From an uncultured bacterium (lineage in GTDB: Bacteria; SAR324; NAC60-12): 40,984 nt of DNA. The number at the start of each line of letters is the position of its first letter. Within the stretch, counting starts at the first letter, position 1. The stretch is taken from contig CBFIGY010000025.1 of NCBI GenBank assembly GCA_965662235.1, positions 1 through 40,984 on the forward strand. The letters run 5' to 3'. The position numbers were made by a program, and so were the translations under genes. Below are positions 8,437 to 17,695 of this stretch, in pieces. The notes beneath the pieces are model-generated. The model was not told the DNA's origin. It saw only the letters and a list, made by a program, of their open reading frames with translations, and did no database searches.

Positions 8437-9554
8437 GGCAGGGAATCCTCAACATCGGTAAAGCCGGCTTCAATGCTGCGCTTCTCTTCTTCTAGGAAGC
8501 GTCCAATGGCTTCCCGGAACTGGGGATGGGCCACCCAGTGAGCGCTGTAGGTCAGTTCGGGCAGGAACCCTCGTTGAATTTTATGCGGCCCTTGGGCTCC
8601 TGCTTCAAACAGGCGGAAGCCCTGCTGGATGGCATACTCAATGGCCTGGTAGTAACACACCTCAAAGTGCAGGCTCCGGAAGTCTTCCAAGCACCCCCAG
8701 TAGCGTCCGTATAAACAATCCCCTTTTTTGTAGTTGAGGGCACCGGCAACGGGTTCTCCTTGATGAGTGGCCAGGACCAAGAGCAAGTGGTCCTTCATGG
8801 TGGAAAAAACCGTCTCAAAGAATTCCGGAGTGAGGTAAGGCGCGGCCCACTTACGGTCGATGGTGCTCAGATAAAACTCATAGAAGATCGGACTCAGCTC
8901 CGGTTGGATTGCCTCTCCGGTCAGCAACTCAATCTCCACCCCTTGTTGCTGAACCTGCCGACGTTCCCGTCGGATCTCCTTGGCGCGTTTCTGCTTCAGC
9001 GCCTTCAAAAATTCCTCAAAATCAGCGTAGCCGCGGTTCTTCCAATGGAATTGAAAGCTGTGGCGGATCATCAAGCTCGCTGTCTCGTACTCTGAAATCT
9101 CTTCAGGTGGAATGAAAAGAAAGTGCAGGGAGCTGGCCTGAACGCGTTGCGCTTGCTGAATCAGGGCCTCCAGCAAGACGGGGACGATCCGGGCTCGTTC
9201 CTGCTCGGGGTGACACAGCAGCTTGGGTCCGGTGGCTGGAGTAAAGGGGATGGCGGAGGTCAGCTTGGGGTAGTAGCGCAAGCCGTTGCGCTGATAGGCA
9301 TCGGCCCAGCCCCAGTCAAAGATGTACTCGCCGTTGCTGTTGGTCTTGAGGTAGAGCGGGCAAGCGCCTACCAGGGCATCTCCTTCCCAGACCAGAATGT
9401 GGCGTGGTGCCCAGCCCGCCTCAAAACCGACACTCCGGGACGTTTCCAGAGCGTGCAGGAAGGCATGCTCTAGGAAGGGAAAGGAGTCGCCAATCAGGGC
9501 GTTCCATGAATCGGGAGGAACCTCCGCCAGGGCTGTGGCGATGGTGACCTGCAT
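8406..9554 (-). CDS. GNAT/FemAB-like N-acetyltransferase family protein (DUF482-type)
   Basis: PFLEHAFL.ALE, GEYIFDWGWA, YYPKL..IPFTPATG, QFHW.N.GY, LYGRYWG, LHFE.CYYQ, FEAGAQG.HK..RGF. Confidence 0.9.
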   Translation of the reverse strand: MQVTIATALAEVPPDSWNALIGDSFPFLEHAFLHALETSRSVGFEAGWAPRHILVWEGDALVGACPLYLKTNSNGEYIFDWGWADAYQRNGLRYYPKLTSAIPFTPATGPKLLCHPEQERARIVPVLLEALIQQAQRVQASSLHFLFIPPEEISEYETASLMIRHSFQFHWKNRGYADFEEFLKALKQKRAKEIRRERRQVQQQGVEIELLTGEAIQPELSPIFYEFYLSTIDRKWAAPYLTPEFFETVFSTMKDHLLLVLATHQGEPVAGALNYKKGDCLYGRYWGCLEDFRSLHFEVCYYQAIEYAIQQGFRLFEAGAQGPHKIQRGFLPELTYSAHWVAHPQFREAIGRFLEEEKRSIEAGFTDVEDSLPYRERPSNGS

Positions 9555-9561
9555 GCGTGAC

Positions 9562-9702
9562 TCAGAAAGCGGAGTTCAAAAGGGCGAGGAGGAGAACCAG
9601 AACCGCCCCACCGACAAACGCCACATGCATGTAGTAAAGCAGCGGCGTTGAGGCTTTTAGGGTCTGCAAGACGGCTTTGTAACGTTCGACAAGAGCGGGC
9701 AT
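9562..9702 (-). CDS. small (46 aa) single-pass membrane protein
   Basis: Not in the ORF track. Reads MPALVERYKAVLQTLKASTPLLYYMHVAFVGGAVLVLLLALLNSAF*. GGAG upstream. Stop lies 7 bp before the GNAT start. Confidence 0.6.
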   Translation of the reverse strand: MPALVERYKAVLQTLKASTPLLYYMHVAFVGGAVLVLLLALLNSAF

Positions 9703-9878
9703 TCCTAATCTCCAGGTGAATCGAGTGGGCTCCGGAGAGCTGAAACCGGAAGTTTCCAGCAGGATAACGGGGCCGTGCCAAAAAGCGAATCGGAATTTCA
9801 GGAGGTCACCAGGGGGCCCTGCCGCTCGGCTGCCACGACACCGGCGTCCCGGTCAAAGCCGTCGAGGCCCGTGTTGGG

Positions 9879-10292
9879 TCACGGAGAGAGCTTAACGGGA
9901 GGGAGCTTTCTCTGGCGTTTGGCGGCAAGCTCCTGACGCCGGAGGGCGCCCAGCTGCTGAGGAGAGATGGATGGAAGGTTCGACGCGGTTTGGCGTCCCT
10001 GCGGGTTGGGGCTTGCGACACGGATGCCCGACGGAGCCAAGCGGTTCCGTCCGTTCTCTTCTCGGATGACCGCAAACTCGAAGAAGCCGCTGGTGCGGTT
10101 TTTGACCGCAACGCGAGACTCGCGGGTTTCCACCCAGTTGAAGAACTCATCTCCTCGGAGGTGCCCCTCAAAGGTGCTGCCATCCGGTTGCGTGAAGGTA
10201 CGCACTCCTGGGGCTGCTGGAACCGCCCAGACGGAGAGACTGCTTAGGAGGAGGAGGCTCGCCAGAGCCCCCCATGCCATCAACTGCTTCAT
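9879..10292 (-). CDS. secreted protein resembling the N-terminal propeptide of M6 metalloproteases
   Basis: Sec signal ending in VWA, then VPAAP...TQPDGSTF...RGDEFFNWVET...GFFEFA...LAPSG. ATGA overlap with the stop of the upstream M6 gene. Confidence 0.75.
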   Translation of the reverse strand: MKQLMAWGALASLLLLSSLSVWAVPAAPGVRTFTQPDGSTFEGHLRGDEFFNWVETRESRVAVKNRTSGFFEFAVIREENGRNRLAPSGIRVASPNPQGRQTASNLPSISPQQLGALRRQELAAKRQRKLPPVKLSP

Positions 10293-11788
10293 TTAGTTAC
10301 CTTAATCGTCATGTTGTCCCCGGCTGGGCTGATGGAGGTGACAGCGATGCCAGTGAAAGTGTTGTCCGTTCGCTTGCTGTTTGGCGTGGAGCTGTCGGTA
10401 AAGTTGTCGTTGTTGCCTTCGTAAAACAGATGCGTCGTGCGTCCGGAAGAGCCTCCAGAGTCAAGGTCAGCGTCATTGGCTTCCTCGAGGCTGACGAGCG
10501 CCGGGGACTGGTTCTGGCAATCGTTAGTGTCTAGGCACCCGGAAAGGTTGTCAATGACGTGCCAGATGGCCAACCCACCACTGTACTGAGACCCGGTCAT
10601 GTTGTCAGAATCGTTTTTAAGGAGGATCCCCAGCCCTTGGTCGTAACCCCCGGCGCTTCGATTTTCTAGGAGAAAGTACTCGTCGCTGGAACCTGTCACG
10701 CTGGTGGTATCAATCTTTCGAATCCCGCACGAGGCTGAATTCGCGAGGTAGGCGGCCGGAACCGGAATAGGAAAAGATGAGGTGCTAGAGATCAGTTGCG
10801 GGGTGCAGATCTGAGCCTGCTCCTTGGACCAGGCAGACAGGTGCACCGGGGTTGCGCCAGCGGTGTCATTGTCATCCCGCATGCCCCAGCTTCCTGCACC
10901 CATCAACCCGAAGGCCCCAATTCCAGAACACTGGTAGTCGGTGCAGTAGAGGTCCGGATACCCGAAGAAGGCGTGTCCCAGTTCATGAGCAATGATGCCG
11001 ATGGTCGCATTCCAGGTGTCGGTGTCGCTGTTTCCCTGCCGTTCCCCAAACTGAGAAAAACCGTTTTGTGCCGGAAGCAAAGTGGGAGCCTCTGGATGAG
11101 CCTGAGCGGAGCCCAGCAGGCGAACCTGGTCGAGGTAAACGCCCCATTCGTTTGCAGCCGGATCAGCGGAAATTCGACCATCGCCATTCTGATCACAGCT
11201 CATTCCTGAGGCCATGCCCCAAACGCCGCCGCCGGGGGTGCTGATGCCAGCGGCGCTTTCGCCCCCGGCAACGATGAACATCACCTGCAACTCCCCCACC
11301 CCAAGGGTGCTGCTGTTGTCTAGGTCAAAACTCTGGAAGTTGACATCCGCATCCGCCAGCTGCGCCGCTCGGAAGGCGTAGTAGCTCCAGTCTTGGTCTT
11401 CTGTGTCCGGGTGGTCGATGTCCTCCGTGACGGTCACCACGCCGTTGTTGGCAATCCCGCTGGATTCTGCTGCCGGGGAAAACTGGAGCTTGCCGTAGGT
11501 GACTTCGTCAAAGTAATCGTTGAGCTGCCCCTTTCCAGTGCCAAAGATCTTGTCGGCCCAGACGGATTCATTGTCGGTAAAGGTCGCATTGGCGTACTGC
11601 ACCCGGACGACGAGCAGCGGGATGGTGCGGGCGCTGCTCAGGTCCACAAGATCCGGAGGAGCGCCGCCGTAGCAGACGGGTTCGTCAACCGTGAGCGGTG
11701 CTCCACCGCTGTCGGTGGACGAGCTGCACGCCGTGATCAAGGCTGCAGCGCCCAGAAGCAGAAGGCCTCCGTTTCGGAGAAGGTTCAT
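10289..11788 (-). CDS. M6 family (immune inhibitor A-like) zinc metalloprotease, lipoprotein
   Basis: Lipobox LITAC, YFDEVTYGK, HELGHAFFGYPDLY, GLMGAGSWG, PVHLSAWSK, EYFLLENR, GLAIWHV. Confidence 0.9.
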   Translation of the reverse strand: MNLLRNGGLLLLGAAALITACSSSTDSGGAPLTVDEPVCYGGAPPDLVDLSSARTIPLLVVRVQYANATFTDNESVWADKIFGTGKGQLNDYFDEVTYGKLQFSPAAESSGIANNGVVTVTEDIDHPDTEDQDWSYYAFRAAQLADADVNFQSFDLDNSSTLGVGELQVMFIVAGGESAAGISTPGGGVWGMASGMSCDQNGDGRISADPAANEWGVYLDQVRLLGSAQAHPEAPTLLPAQNGFSQFGERQGNSDTDTWNATIGIIAHELGHAFFGYPDLYCTDYQCSGIGAFGLMGAGSWGMRDDNDTAGATPVHLSAWSKEQAQICTPQLISSTSSFPIPVPAAYLANSASCGIRKIDTTSVTGSSDEYFLLENRSAGGYDQGLGILLKNDSDNMTGSQYSGGLAIWHVIDNLSGCLDTNDCQNQSPALVSLEEANDADLDSGGSSGRTTHLFYEGNNDNFTDSSTPNSKRTDNTFTGIAVTSISPAGDNMTIKVTK

Positions 11789-11798
11789 GTGAGGGGCC

Positions 11799-12872
11799 TC
11801 ACGAGACCTGCGTCACCCACCCAAACGGGTCGGGCTCATGGCCATACTGAATGTCCGTGAGGTGCTTGAAGAAGCGCTGGGCCACCGGACCGGTTTGTCC
11901 GCCACCCACCGTGTAGTTGTGGTCCTTGTAGTTGAGGAGGCCCACCGGAGAGATGACGGCCGCCGTGCCGGAGCCAAACACTTCAGTCACCGAGCCGTCC
12001 TGAAGCCCAGAGACGACCTCGTCAATGGAGATGCGGCGCTCCACGACCTTCATGTTCCAGTGCCGGGCCAGCTCCAGCACCGACATCCGGGTGATGCCGG
12101 GCAGGATGGTGCCTGTCAGCTGCGGGGTGTGCAGTTCACCGTTGAAGACAAAGAAGAGGTTCATGGATCCGACCTCCTCCACGTACTTGCGTTCCACAGC
12201 ATCTAGCCAGAGGACCTGGGTGAATCCGGCGGCCTTGGCTTCCTTTTCAGCAAGGTTGCTGGCGGCATAGTTCCCAGCGGTCTTGGCTTCTCCAACGCCA
12301 CCTGGCGCCGCCCGGACGTACTTTTCACAGACGGTGATCTTGACTGGATTGAACCCTTCAGCGTAGTACGGACCAACGGGGCAGGTGATGATGAAGAAGA
12401 GGTACTTGGAGGACACCTTGAGGCCCAGAAACGGCTCTGTGGCAATCAGCGTGGGGCGGATGTAGAGGGAGGTGCCGGGCTCCTGAGGAATCCAGTTCCG
12501 GTCGGTGCGCAGCAGCTCCTCCAGAGCCTCTAGGGTGAAGTCGATGTCCAGCTCCGGAAGGCACATGCGCAGCGCTGTTCGGTTCATCCGCTCAAAGTTC
12601 TGTCGCGGACGGAAAAGCAGGGTTTCGCCCTGAGCCCCCTGATAGGCCTTGAGGCCCTCAAAGGCTTCCTGGCCATAGTGGAGGACCAGGGTGGAGGGGC
12701 TCAGACTCAGGGGCCCAAAGGGCTTGATCTCCGCGTTGTGCCATCCCTTTCCGGTCTCCCACTCCATGACGAACATGTGATCCGTAAACACCGTTCCAAA
12801 GACCACGCCGTTCATGGTCGCGGGCGGGGTTTTACGCTGTTCGCGGGGGAGCAAAGACTTCAGGAGTTCCAT
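11799..12872 (-). CDS. ilvE: branched-chain amino acid aminotransferase
   Basis: FGTVFTDHM, LHYGQEAFEGLKAY, SLYIRP, AKTAGNYA (PLP Lys), EEVGSMN, ILPGITR, GSGTAAVISPV. AAGGA upstream. Confidence 0.96.
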   Translation of the reverse strand: MELLKSLLPREQRKTPPATMNGVVFGTVFTDHMFVMEWETGKGWHNAEIKPFGPLSLSPSTLVLHYGQEAFEGLKAYQGAQGETLLFRPRQNFERMNRTALRMCLPELDIDFTLEALEELLRTDRNWIPQEPGTSLYIRPTLIATEPFLGLKVSSKYLFFIITCPVGPYYAEGFNPVKITVCEKYVRAAPGGVGEAKTAGNYAASNLAEKEAKAAGFTQVLWLDAVERKYVEEVGSMNLFFVFNGELHTPQLTGTILPGITRMSVLELARHWNMKVVERRISIDEVVSGLQDGSVTEVFGSGTAAVISPVGLLNYKDHNYTVGGGQTGPVAQRFFKHLTDIQYGHEPDPFGWVTQVS

Positions 12873-12893
12873 GAATTTCCTTCCAAAGGAGGG

Positions 12894-13043
12894 TTAACGC
12901 TGATTGAGGTGATTCATTTGACGCATGGCCAGCCTCTCCCGGACGGCATCGTAGTTCCAGACGAGGTAGCCCAAGAGGACCCCGGAGAACGCGATGATGA
13001 CCAGGGCTGAAAGCCAGACGATCCGATTCTTAAGCTGAAGCAT
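12894..13043 (-). CDS. small (49 aa) single-pass membrane protein
   Basis: MLQLKNRIVWLSALVIIAFSGVLLGYLVWNYDAVRERLAMRQMNHLNQR. Lies between a promoter candidate and ilvE. Confidence 0.6.
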   Translation of the reverse strand: MLQLKNRIVWLSALVIIAFSGVLLGYLVWNYDAVRERLAMRQMNHLNQR

Positions 13044-13082
13044 GATGAGGATAGGCCAGAACGAGGTTTGAGGCTCGTTCAG

Positions 13083-13112
13083 ATTATCAGAAACCTGGCT
13101 TTGACAAGTCAA
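13083..13112 (-). promoter_or_regulatory. candidate sigma70 promoter for the small ORF-ilvE-M6 unit
   Basis: Minus strand TTGACT, 18 bp spacer, GATAAT. The -35 lies within the dyad GGCTTTGACAAGTCAAGCC. Confidence 0.45.
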
Positions 13113-13240
13113 GCCGCGATTCCGGAGCAGGCAGACGAAGGCGGGAAACGAAGGGGACGGGTTTCGGAAAATTGGGACACGCACCGCACTCCCCCCAGAA
13201 TGACGGTGCATGCCCCCCTGATGCCCATCAGAGCCAGGGC

Positions 13241-16087
13241 TCAGTCATTGCTGGGCGCCAGGTAATAAGCGTCTTCAATGGGTTTGAGCGGGCGCTTGAA
13301 CCACAAAGGACGCCTGAGGTTATTAGGTCCGGGAGCCGGACGGGTCATCTCCACCCACTTGCGGTAAACCTCCATTGACTTGTTGGTGTCCACAAACACG
13401 TCTCCGTACGCGTCGCCGGATTGGGCTTTTTCGATCCGGACCTTCTGGTGCCAGCAGTGCATGCCACTGATGGGGTCCGGATGAACCGGGAAGGTGATGT
13501 TTTGGTGCACGCCGGCGTCTTCCCAGAAGATGCGTTGCGTGTCCGGGTCATCGGACTGAGAAGGCTGGACGCCTTCTTCAAAGCGCATCTTCCACTTGCC
13601 GCCTCCGAGCTCCTCGATGTTGGCTAGGTTGGTGCCCCAACGGTTGCCCTGCGGGTCCTGGCTGCGGCGCCAGCGTCCCAGGTGGTGGGAACAGGCGATC
13701 ACGCCCGGACGGATGGCCTCGGTCGCCCACAGGCGGACGACAAAGAAGCCGATCTCGGTGTTGACGCGGACGAGGTCTCCGGTCTTTAGGCCCAGGCGTT
13801 GGGCGTCTGAGGTGTGCATCCAGAGTGGGTTCCGGTTGGAAATTTCCATCAGCCACTTGGCATTGGCCGACCGGGAGTGAATGAGCGTGGGAAGCCGGTA
13901 GGTGGGCACCAGCGGGAAGTCCCCTGCGGCGCGGTCCATCTGCGACTCGTGGATGTGGCTCTGGATGTAACCAGGAAGGGTGTATTCCGGCCACTTCCAG
14001 TCCTTCATCGTCTTGGAGAAGATCTCAAGCTTCCGTGTGGGCGTTGGGAATCCGGCTCGTCCAGAACCCTCTGCTTCCACGCCAACGACCTTCCCATCCT
14101 GCCAGACAACACCGTTCACCGGACTGCCCTCAACGGGCTTGCGGTAGAGCTCATAGAGGTCCTTGCTGACCTCATAGGCGCCGTGACGCTGCATGTACTC
14201 CAGCGCCGTCAGGCCTTCCTTTTCGGCCGCTTCTGGGAGGCCCGGGACTTCCTCGAAGATGTAACGGTAGTACTCCTCAATCGTCATCTTCTCGCCTGGA
14301 CGGTAAGGCGACTCGAAGTACTTGCGGATGCCTAGGGATCCGTCTGGATCGACCCGCCACGAAAGCTCCATCCAGAACTCGTCCTCCTCCCAGACCTCGC
14401 CTGGATTGGCTTCGTAGGTGAAAGTAACGGGCTTGCCCTGCCGGCGTTGGTACTCCCGGAGCACTGGCTGCCGGAACCCAACCCACAGGCCGGAATGGGT
14501 TTCGTAGCTGACCACGTCGTGCCGTTCCGGAGAGTGTCCCATCGGCAGCACGTAGTCGGCAAAGAACGCGGTTTCGTTCCAAGTGGGTGTCAAAGCCGCA
14601 TGCAGTCCAATGAGGGATTCATCCCGCAGGGCTTCAATCCAGGTGAAGCCATCAGGGTAGGTCCAGACCGGATTGAAGACCCGGGTGAAGTAAACGGACA
14701 TCTTGCCCCGTCCCTCCTTGAGGAAGTGCGGGAGCAGGAAGCTCATTTCGTAGTGACAGAGGGGCCACTCCTGTGGGAAGTGCAGCTCGTTCCAGACCTT
14801 GTGCGGCGGTGCCGGATTGGGCACATGCGGGTGAAACTTTCCCCAAGAGTTGGGCAGGGTTCCGCCCTTGGTCCCGACGCTGCCGGTGAGCACATTGAGG
14901 AAGTTCAGGCAGCGGGCGACCTGCCAGCCTCCGAGGTTGCCAACCGCGGCACTGCGCCAGACGTGTGCAGAAAAGCGGGGCCCGGCGTTGCCGATCCGGC
15001 GGGCGACCTCCACGATGTTCGCCGCGGGCACACCGGACTCCTGCTCGGCAAACTCGGGCGTGTAGTCGGCATAGTGCTCCTTGAGCTTCTCCAGAAAGAC
15101 CTCAAACTCATGTGGCTCGTCCGGATGGTCGGCAGCCAGCCAGTCCTGCCAGTTGACCCACTCCCGGAGGAAGGACTCGTTGTAGAGCTGCTCGTCGAGG
15201 ATGACCTTGGCCATGGCGAGCAGCACCGCCGGTTCTGTTCCCGGAGAAGTGGGCAGCCAGTAGTCAGCGCGGCTGGCGGTGTTGGAGAGGCGGATGTCCA
15301 TGACTCCGACCTTCGCGCCATTGTTCTTGGCTTCAATGATCCGCTGGGCGTGCGGGTTGAAGTAGTGCCCGGCTTCCAGGTGGGAGCTGATGAGGAGGAT
15401 GAACTCCGCATTGGCATAATCCGGAGATGGCCGGTCGGCGCCTCCCCAGAGCATGTACCCCAAGCGAGCGGCTCCGGAGCAGATGTTGGTGTGGCTGTTG
15501 TGTCCATCCACCCCCCAGGCATTGAGCACCCGTTCAATGTACCCTTCATGGCCTGGACGCCCCACGTGGTAGACCACCTCGTCTCGCTTCTCAGCCAGGA
15601 GCGCCTCCCGGATGCGGCCTGCAATGTCATCGAGGACCGAGTCCCAGCTGACGCGCTCCCACTTTCCAGAGCCACGTTCGCCCTTGCGCTTCATCGGGTA
15701 GAGGACACGGTCGGGATCGTCGAGCTGATTGATGGTGGCCGGACCCTTGGCGCAGTTGCGGCCTCGGCTTCCGGGGTGATGGGGGTTGCCTTCAAGCTTG
15801 CGGACCTCACCGGTGCTCTTGTCGATGTAGGCCAGCAGGCCACATCCGGCTTCGCAGTTGAAGCAGACGGTGGGGACCAGCGTGTAGTCCTTCTTTTCCT
15901 TCCGGGCCCAGCCAGTTGCTTCGTACTCGGTCCAGTTGTCCCACTGCTCATAAGGGGGGAAGTTTTCCAGATCGGGTCCTCCCTCCGGCGCCGTGGCTTC
16001 CGAAGAGGGGGCAGGCTTCTCCAGCTTCGGAAGCAAGCCCATTTTTTCAGCAGTGGCTTCAATCCAAGACGGCTTAAACTCAGGCAT
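13241..16087 (-). CDS. molybdopterin (bis-MGD) oxidoreductase catalytic subunit, Psr/Phs/Arr-like, no Tat signal
   Basis: [4Fe-4S] motif CFNCEAGC...C(AKG), R..YPMKR.GERG.GKWE, putative Cys ligand in SHTNICS, ADYVLP, GFPTPTRKLE, IHSRSAN, C-terminal molybdopterin dinucleotide domain. Confidence 0.9.
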   Translation of the reverse strand: MPEFKPSWIEATAEKMGLLPKLEKPAPSSEATAPEGGPDLENFPPYEQWDNWTEYEATGWARKEKKDYTLVPTVCFNCEAGCGLLAYIDKSTGEVRKLEGNPHHPGSRGRNCAKGPATINQLDDPDRVLYPMKRKGERGSGKWERVSWDSVLDDIAGRIREALLAEKRDEVVYHVGRPGHEGYIERVLNAWGVDGHNSHTNICSGAARLGYMLWGGADRPSPDYANAEFILLISSHLEAGHYFNPHAQRIIEAKNNGAKVGVMDIRLSNTASRADYWLPTSPGTEPAVLLAMAKVILDEQLYNESFLREWVNWQDWLAADHPDEPHEFEVFLEKLKEHYADYTPEFAEQESGVPAANIVEVARRIGNAGPRFSAHVWRSAAVGNLGGWQVARCLNFLNVLTGSVGTKGGTLPNSWGKFHPHVPNPAPPHKVWNELHFPQEWPLCHYEMSFLLPHFLKEGRGKMSVYFTRVFNPVWTYPDGFTWIEALRDESLIGLHAALTPTWNETAFFADYVLPMGHSPERHDVVSYETHSGLWVGFRQPVLREYQRRQGKPVTFTYEANPGEVWEEDEFWMELSWRVDPDGSLGIRKYFESPYRPGEKMTIEEYYRYIFEEVPGLPEAAEKEGLTALEYMQRHGAYEVSKDLYELYRKPVEGSPVNGVVWQDGKVVGVEAEGSGRAGFPTPTRKLEIFSKTMKDWKWPEYTLPGYIQSHIHESQMDRAAGDFPLVPTYRLPTLIHSRSANAKWLMEISNRNPLWMHTSDAQRLGLKTGDLVRVNTEIGFFVVRLWATEAIRPGVIACSHHLGRWRRSQDPQGNRWGTNLANIEELGGGKWKMRFEEGVQPSQSDDPDTQRIFWEDAGVHQNITFPVHPDPISGMHCWHQKVRIEKAQSGDAYGDVFVDTNKSMEVYRKWVEMTRPAPGPNNLRRPLWFKRPLKPIEDAYYLAPSND

Positions 16088-16090
16088 GAT

Positions 16091-17695
16091 TCAACTCAGC
16101 GGAAGCAGTTGCGGCACCTGGACCCACAGTCGGATCAGGTGCCAGAGACCAAAGAGGGAAAGGACGGCCGCGGCCAGCAGCACCAGCGGCTCAAACGAGG
16201 CGACCAGCAGCCCCAGTGGGAGCACCGACCCCAGGCCAACGCCATACTGCCAGAACGCCTGACGGTAGGGGCCCTTGGTGATCAGGTGCAGCGCACGGTG
16301 CGAGTCCTCAGTGGGGTGCTCCGAATAAATCTCTGCAGCCAAAATGACCAGCTGGAGCGCCAACCCGGCCAGCAGGGTGTACGCCATGGGCTGCTCGTAG
16401 GCCTGCATGGGAGCATAAACCTGAGCCAGGCAGAGCCAGACGGCAGGTCCGGCAATCAGCGCGTGCAGGAACATGTGCAGCGACATCAGCGGGCTCTGCC
16501 AGAGGTCCCGCCCCTTGGCCTGCCCAAACAGAAACGCCGTGTAGATGGCCGTCAGGGCGCCGAGGACAATCAGCAGCCCACCGATTCCATTGGCCAGCCA
16601 CGAGGCGCCGATCCAGTCGAAGAGAAGCCACGCGGTGAGCAGCCCTCCGTATGCGGTGATGATGTAGGCCCCCTTCACCAACCACGAGGTCGGGTTAGGG
16701 CGGAGCAGGACGTAGAGGAACCGGGTGGGCTGGTCGAGGTCCTTGACCAGCAACGCTCCTGTGGCGCCGAGGAAGATCAAGGCCAGCAGGACGGAGGCCC
16801 AGAGGGGCTCTGTGGTTGTGGTTTCTCCCAGCAGGTAGGAAAGGAAGGAGACCATGATCACTCCAGCCGAAATGGCCTTGGTGATGATGTAGGCTGCGAC
16901 CTCCCAGCCCCACATCACCCCCTTCGCCGGTGCATCGTAAACGCGTCGGGCGCTGGAGGCACGGCTGGCGGGCTGGTCGGCAGTCTCAATGTGGTTCCGG
17001 ATGGAGTCCAGCACCGCAGAGGCTTCTCCCATGACCTTGGCAAATTTTTCATCGCGAGAGTCGCGGGCCGCAGCATGATGCCCCACGCCCCGGGACTGAG
17101 AGCTCCACATGTAGGCGTTGTCCTGAGCCGCAATGCCTGGAGTCAGGGAGGCCTCGTCGCCTTCGATGTAGAAGAGCTTGGGACGCGTGCCCTTTTCCGG
17201 CTTGCGGACGGTCACCTGCTGTCGAGACACCAGCTGGGAAATCTTGGAAAGCGGGTTGTCCAGGTCTCCGGAAATAATGGCTTGGGTGGGGCACACGTTG
17301 ACGCAAGCGGGCTCCAGGTTCATTTCCACCCGGTGCGCGCAGTAGTTGCACTTGGCGGCCGTGTGAGTTTCCGGATCAATGTAGATCGCGTCATACGGAC
17401 ACGCCTGCATGCACGCCTTGCAGGCAATGCAGCGACGGTTGTCAAAGTCCACAATCCCGTCTGCCCGAACGTGCAGGGCTTGGGTTGGACAGATCGTGGT
17501 GCAGGGAGAGTCCTCGCAGTGGTTGCACCGCATGACCGAAAACAGCCGGCGCGTGTTGGGGAACACTCCTTTTTCAATGTACTTCACCCAAGTCCGGTTG
17601 ACGCCAATTGGAACGTCATGCTCGGATTTACAGGCAACCGTACAGGCGTGACACCCAATGCAGCGACGGTTGTCAATGACAAAGCCGTAGTTCAT
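16091..17695 (-). CDS. fused 4x[4Fe-4S] electron-transfer subunit and NrfD/PsrC-like membrane anchor
   Basis: CIGCHAC..C, CNHCEDSPC..C, CIACKAC..CP, KCNYC..PACV..CP, followed by about 8 hydrophobic helices with WGWEVAAY and DLDQPTRF. Confidence 0.9.
   Translation of the reverse strand: MNYGFVIDNRRCIGCHACTVACKSEHDVPIGVNRTWVKYIEKGVFPNTRRLFSVMRCNHCEDSPCTTICPTQALHVRADGIVDFDNRRCIACKACMQACPYDAIYIDPETHTAAKCNYCAHRVEMNLEPACVNVCPTQAIISGDLDNPLSKISQLVSRQQVTVRKPEKGTRPKLFYIEGDEASLTPGIAAQDNAYMWSSQSRGVGHHAAARDSRDEKFAKVMGEASAVLDSIRNHIETADQPASRASSARRVYDAPAKGVMWGWEVAAYIITKAISAGVIMVSFLSYLLGETTTTEPLWASVLLALIFLGATGALLVKDLDQPTRFLYVLLRPNPTSWLVKGAYIITAYGGLLTAWLLFDWIGASWLANGIGGLLIVLGALTAIYTAFLFGQAKGRDLWQSPLMSLHMFLHALIAGPAVWLCLAQVYAPMQAYEQPMAYTLLAGLALQLVILAAEIYSEHPTEDSHRALHLITKGPYRQAFWQYGVGLGSVLPLGLLVASFEPLVLLAAAVLSLFGLWHLIRLWVQVPQLLPLS

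Noticed and set aside
8406..9554. FemAB-like GNAT as a member of the ATP-grasp/Anbu peptide system
   Set aside because: Opposite strand and separated by two unrelated genes. Proximity is the only evidence.
9765..9782. Minus-strand TTGGCACG as a second sigma54 promoter
   Set aside because: The -12 position reads CGTTA and lacks the conserved GC.
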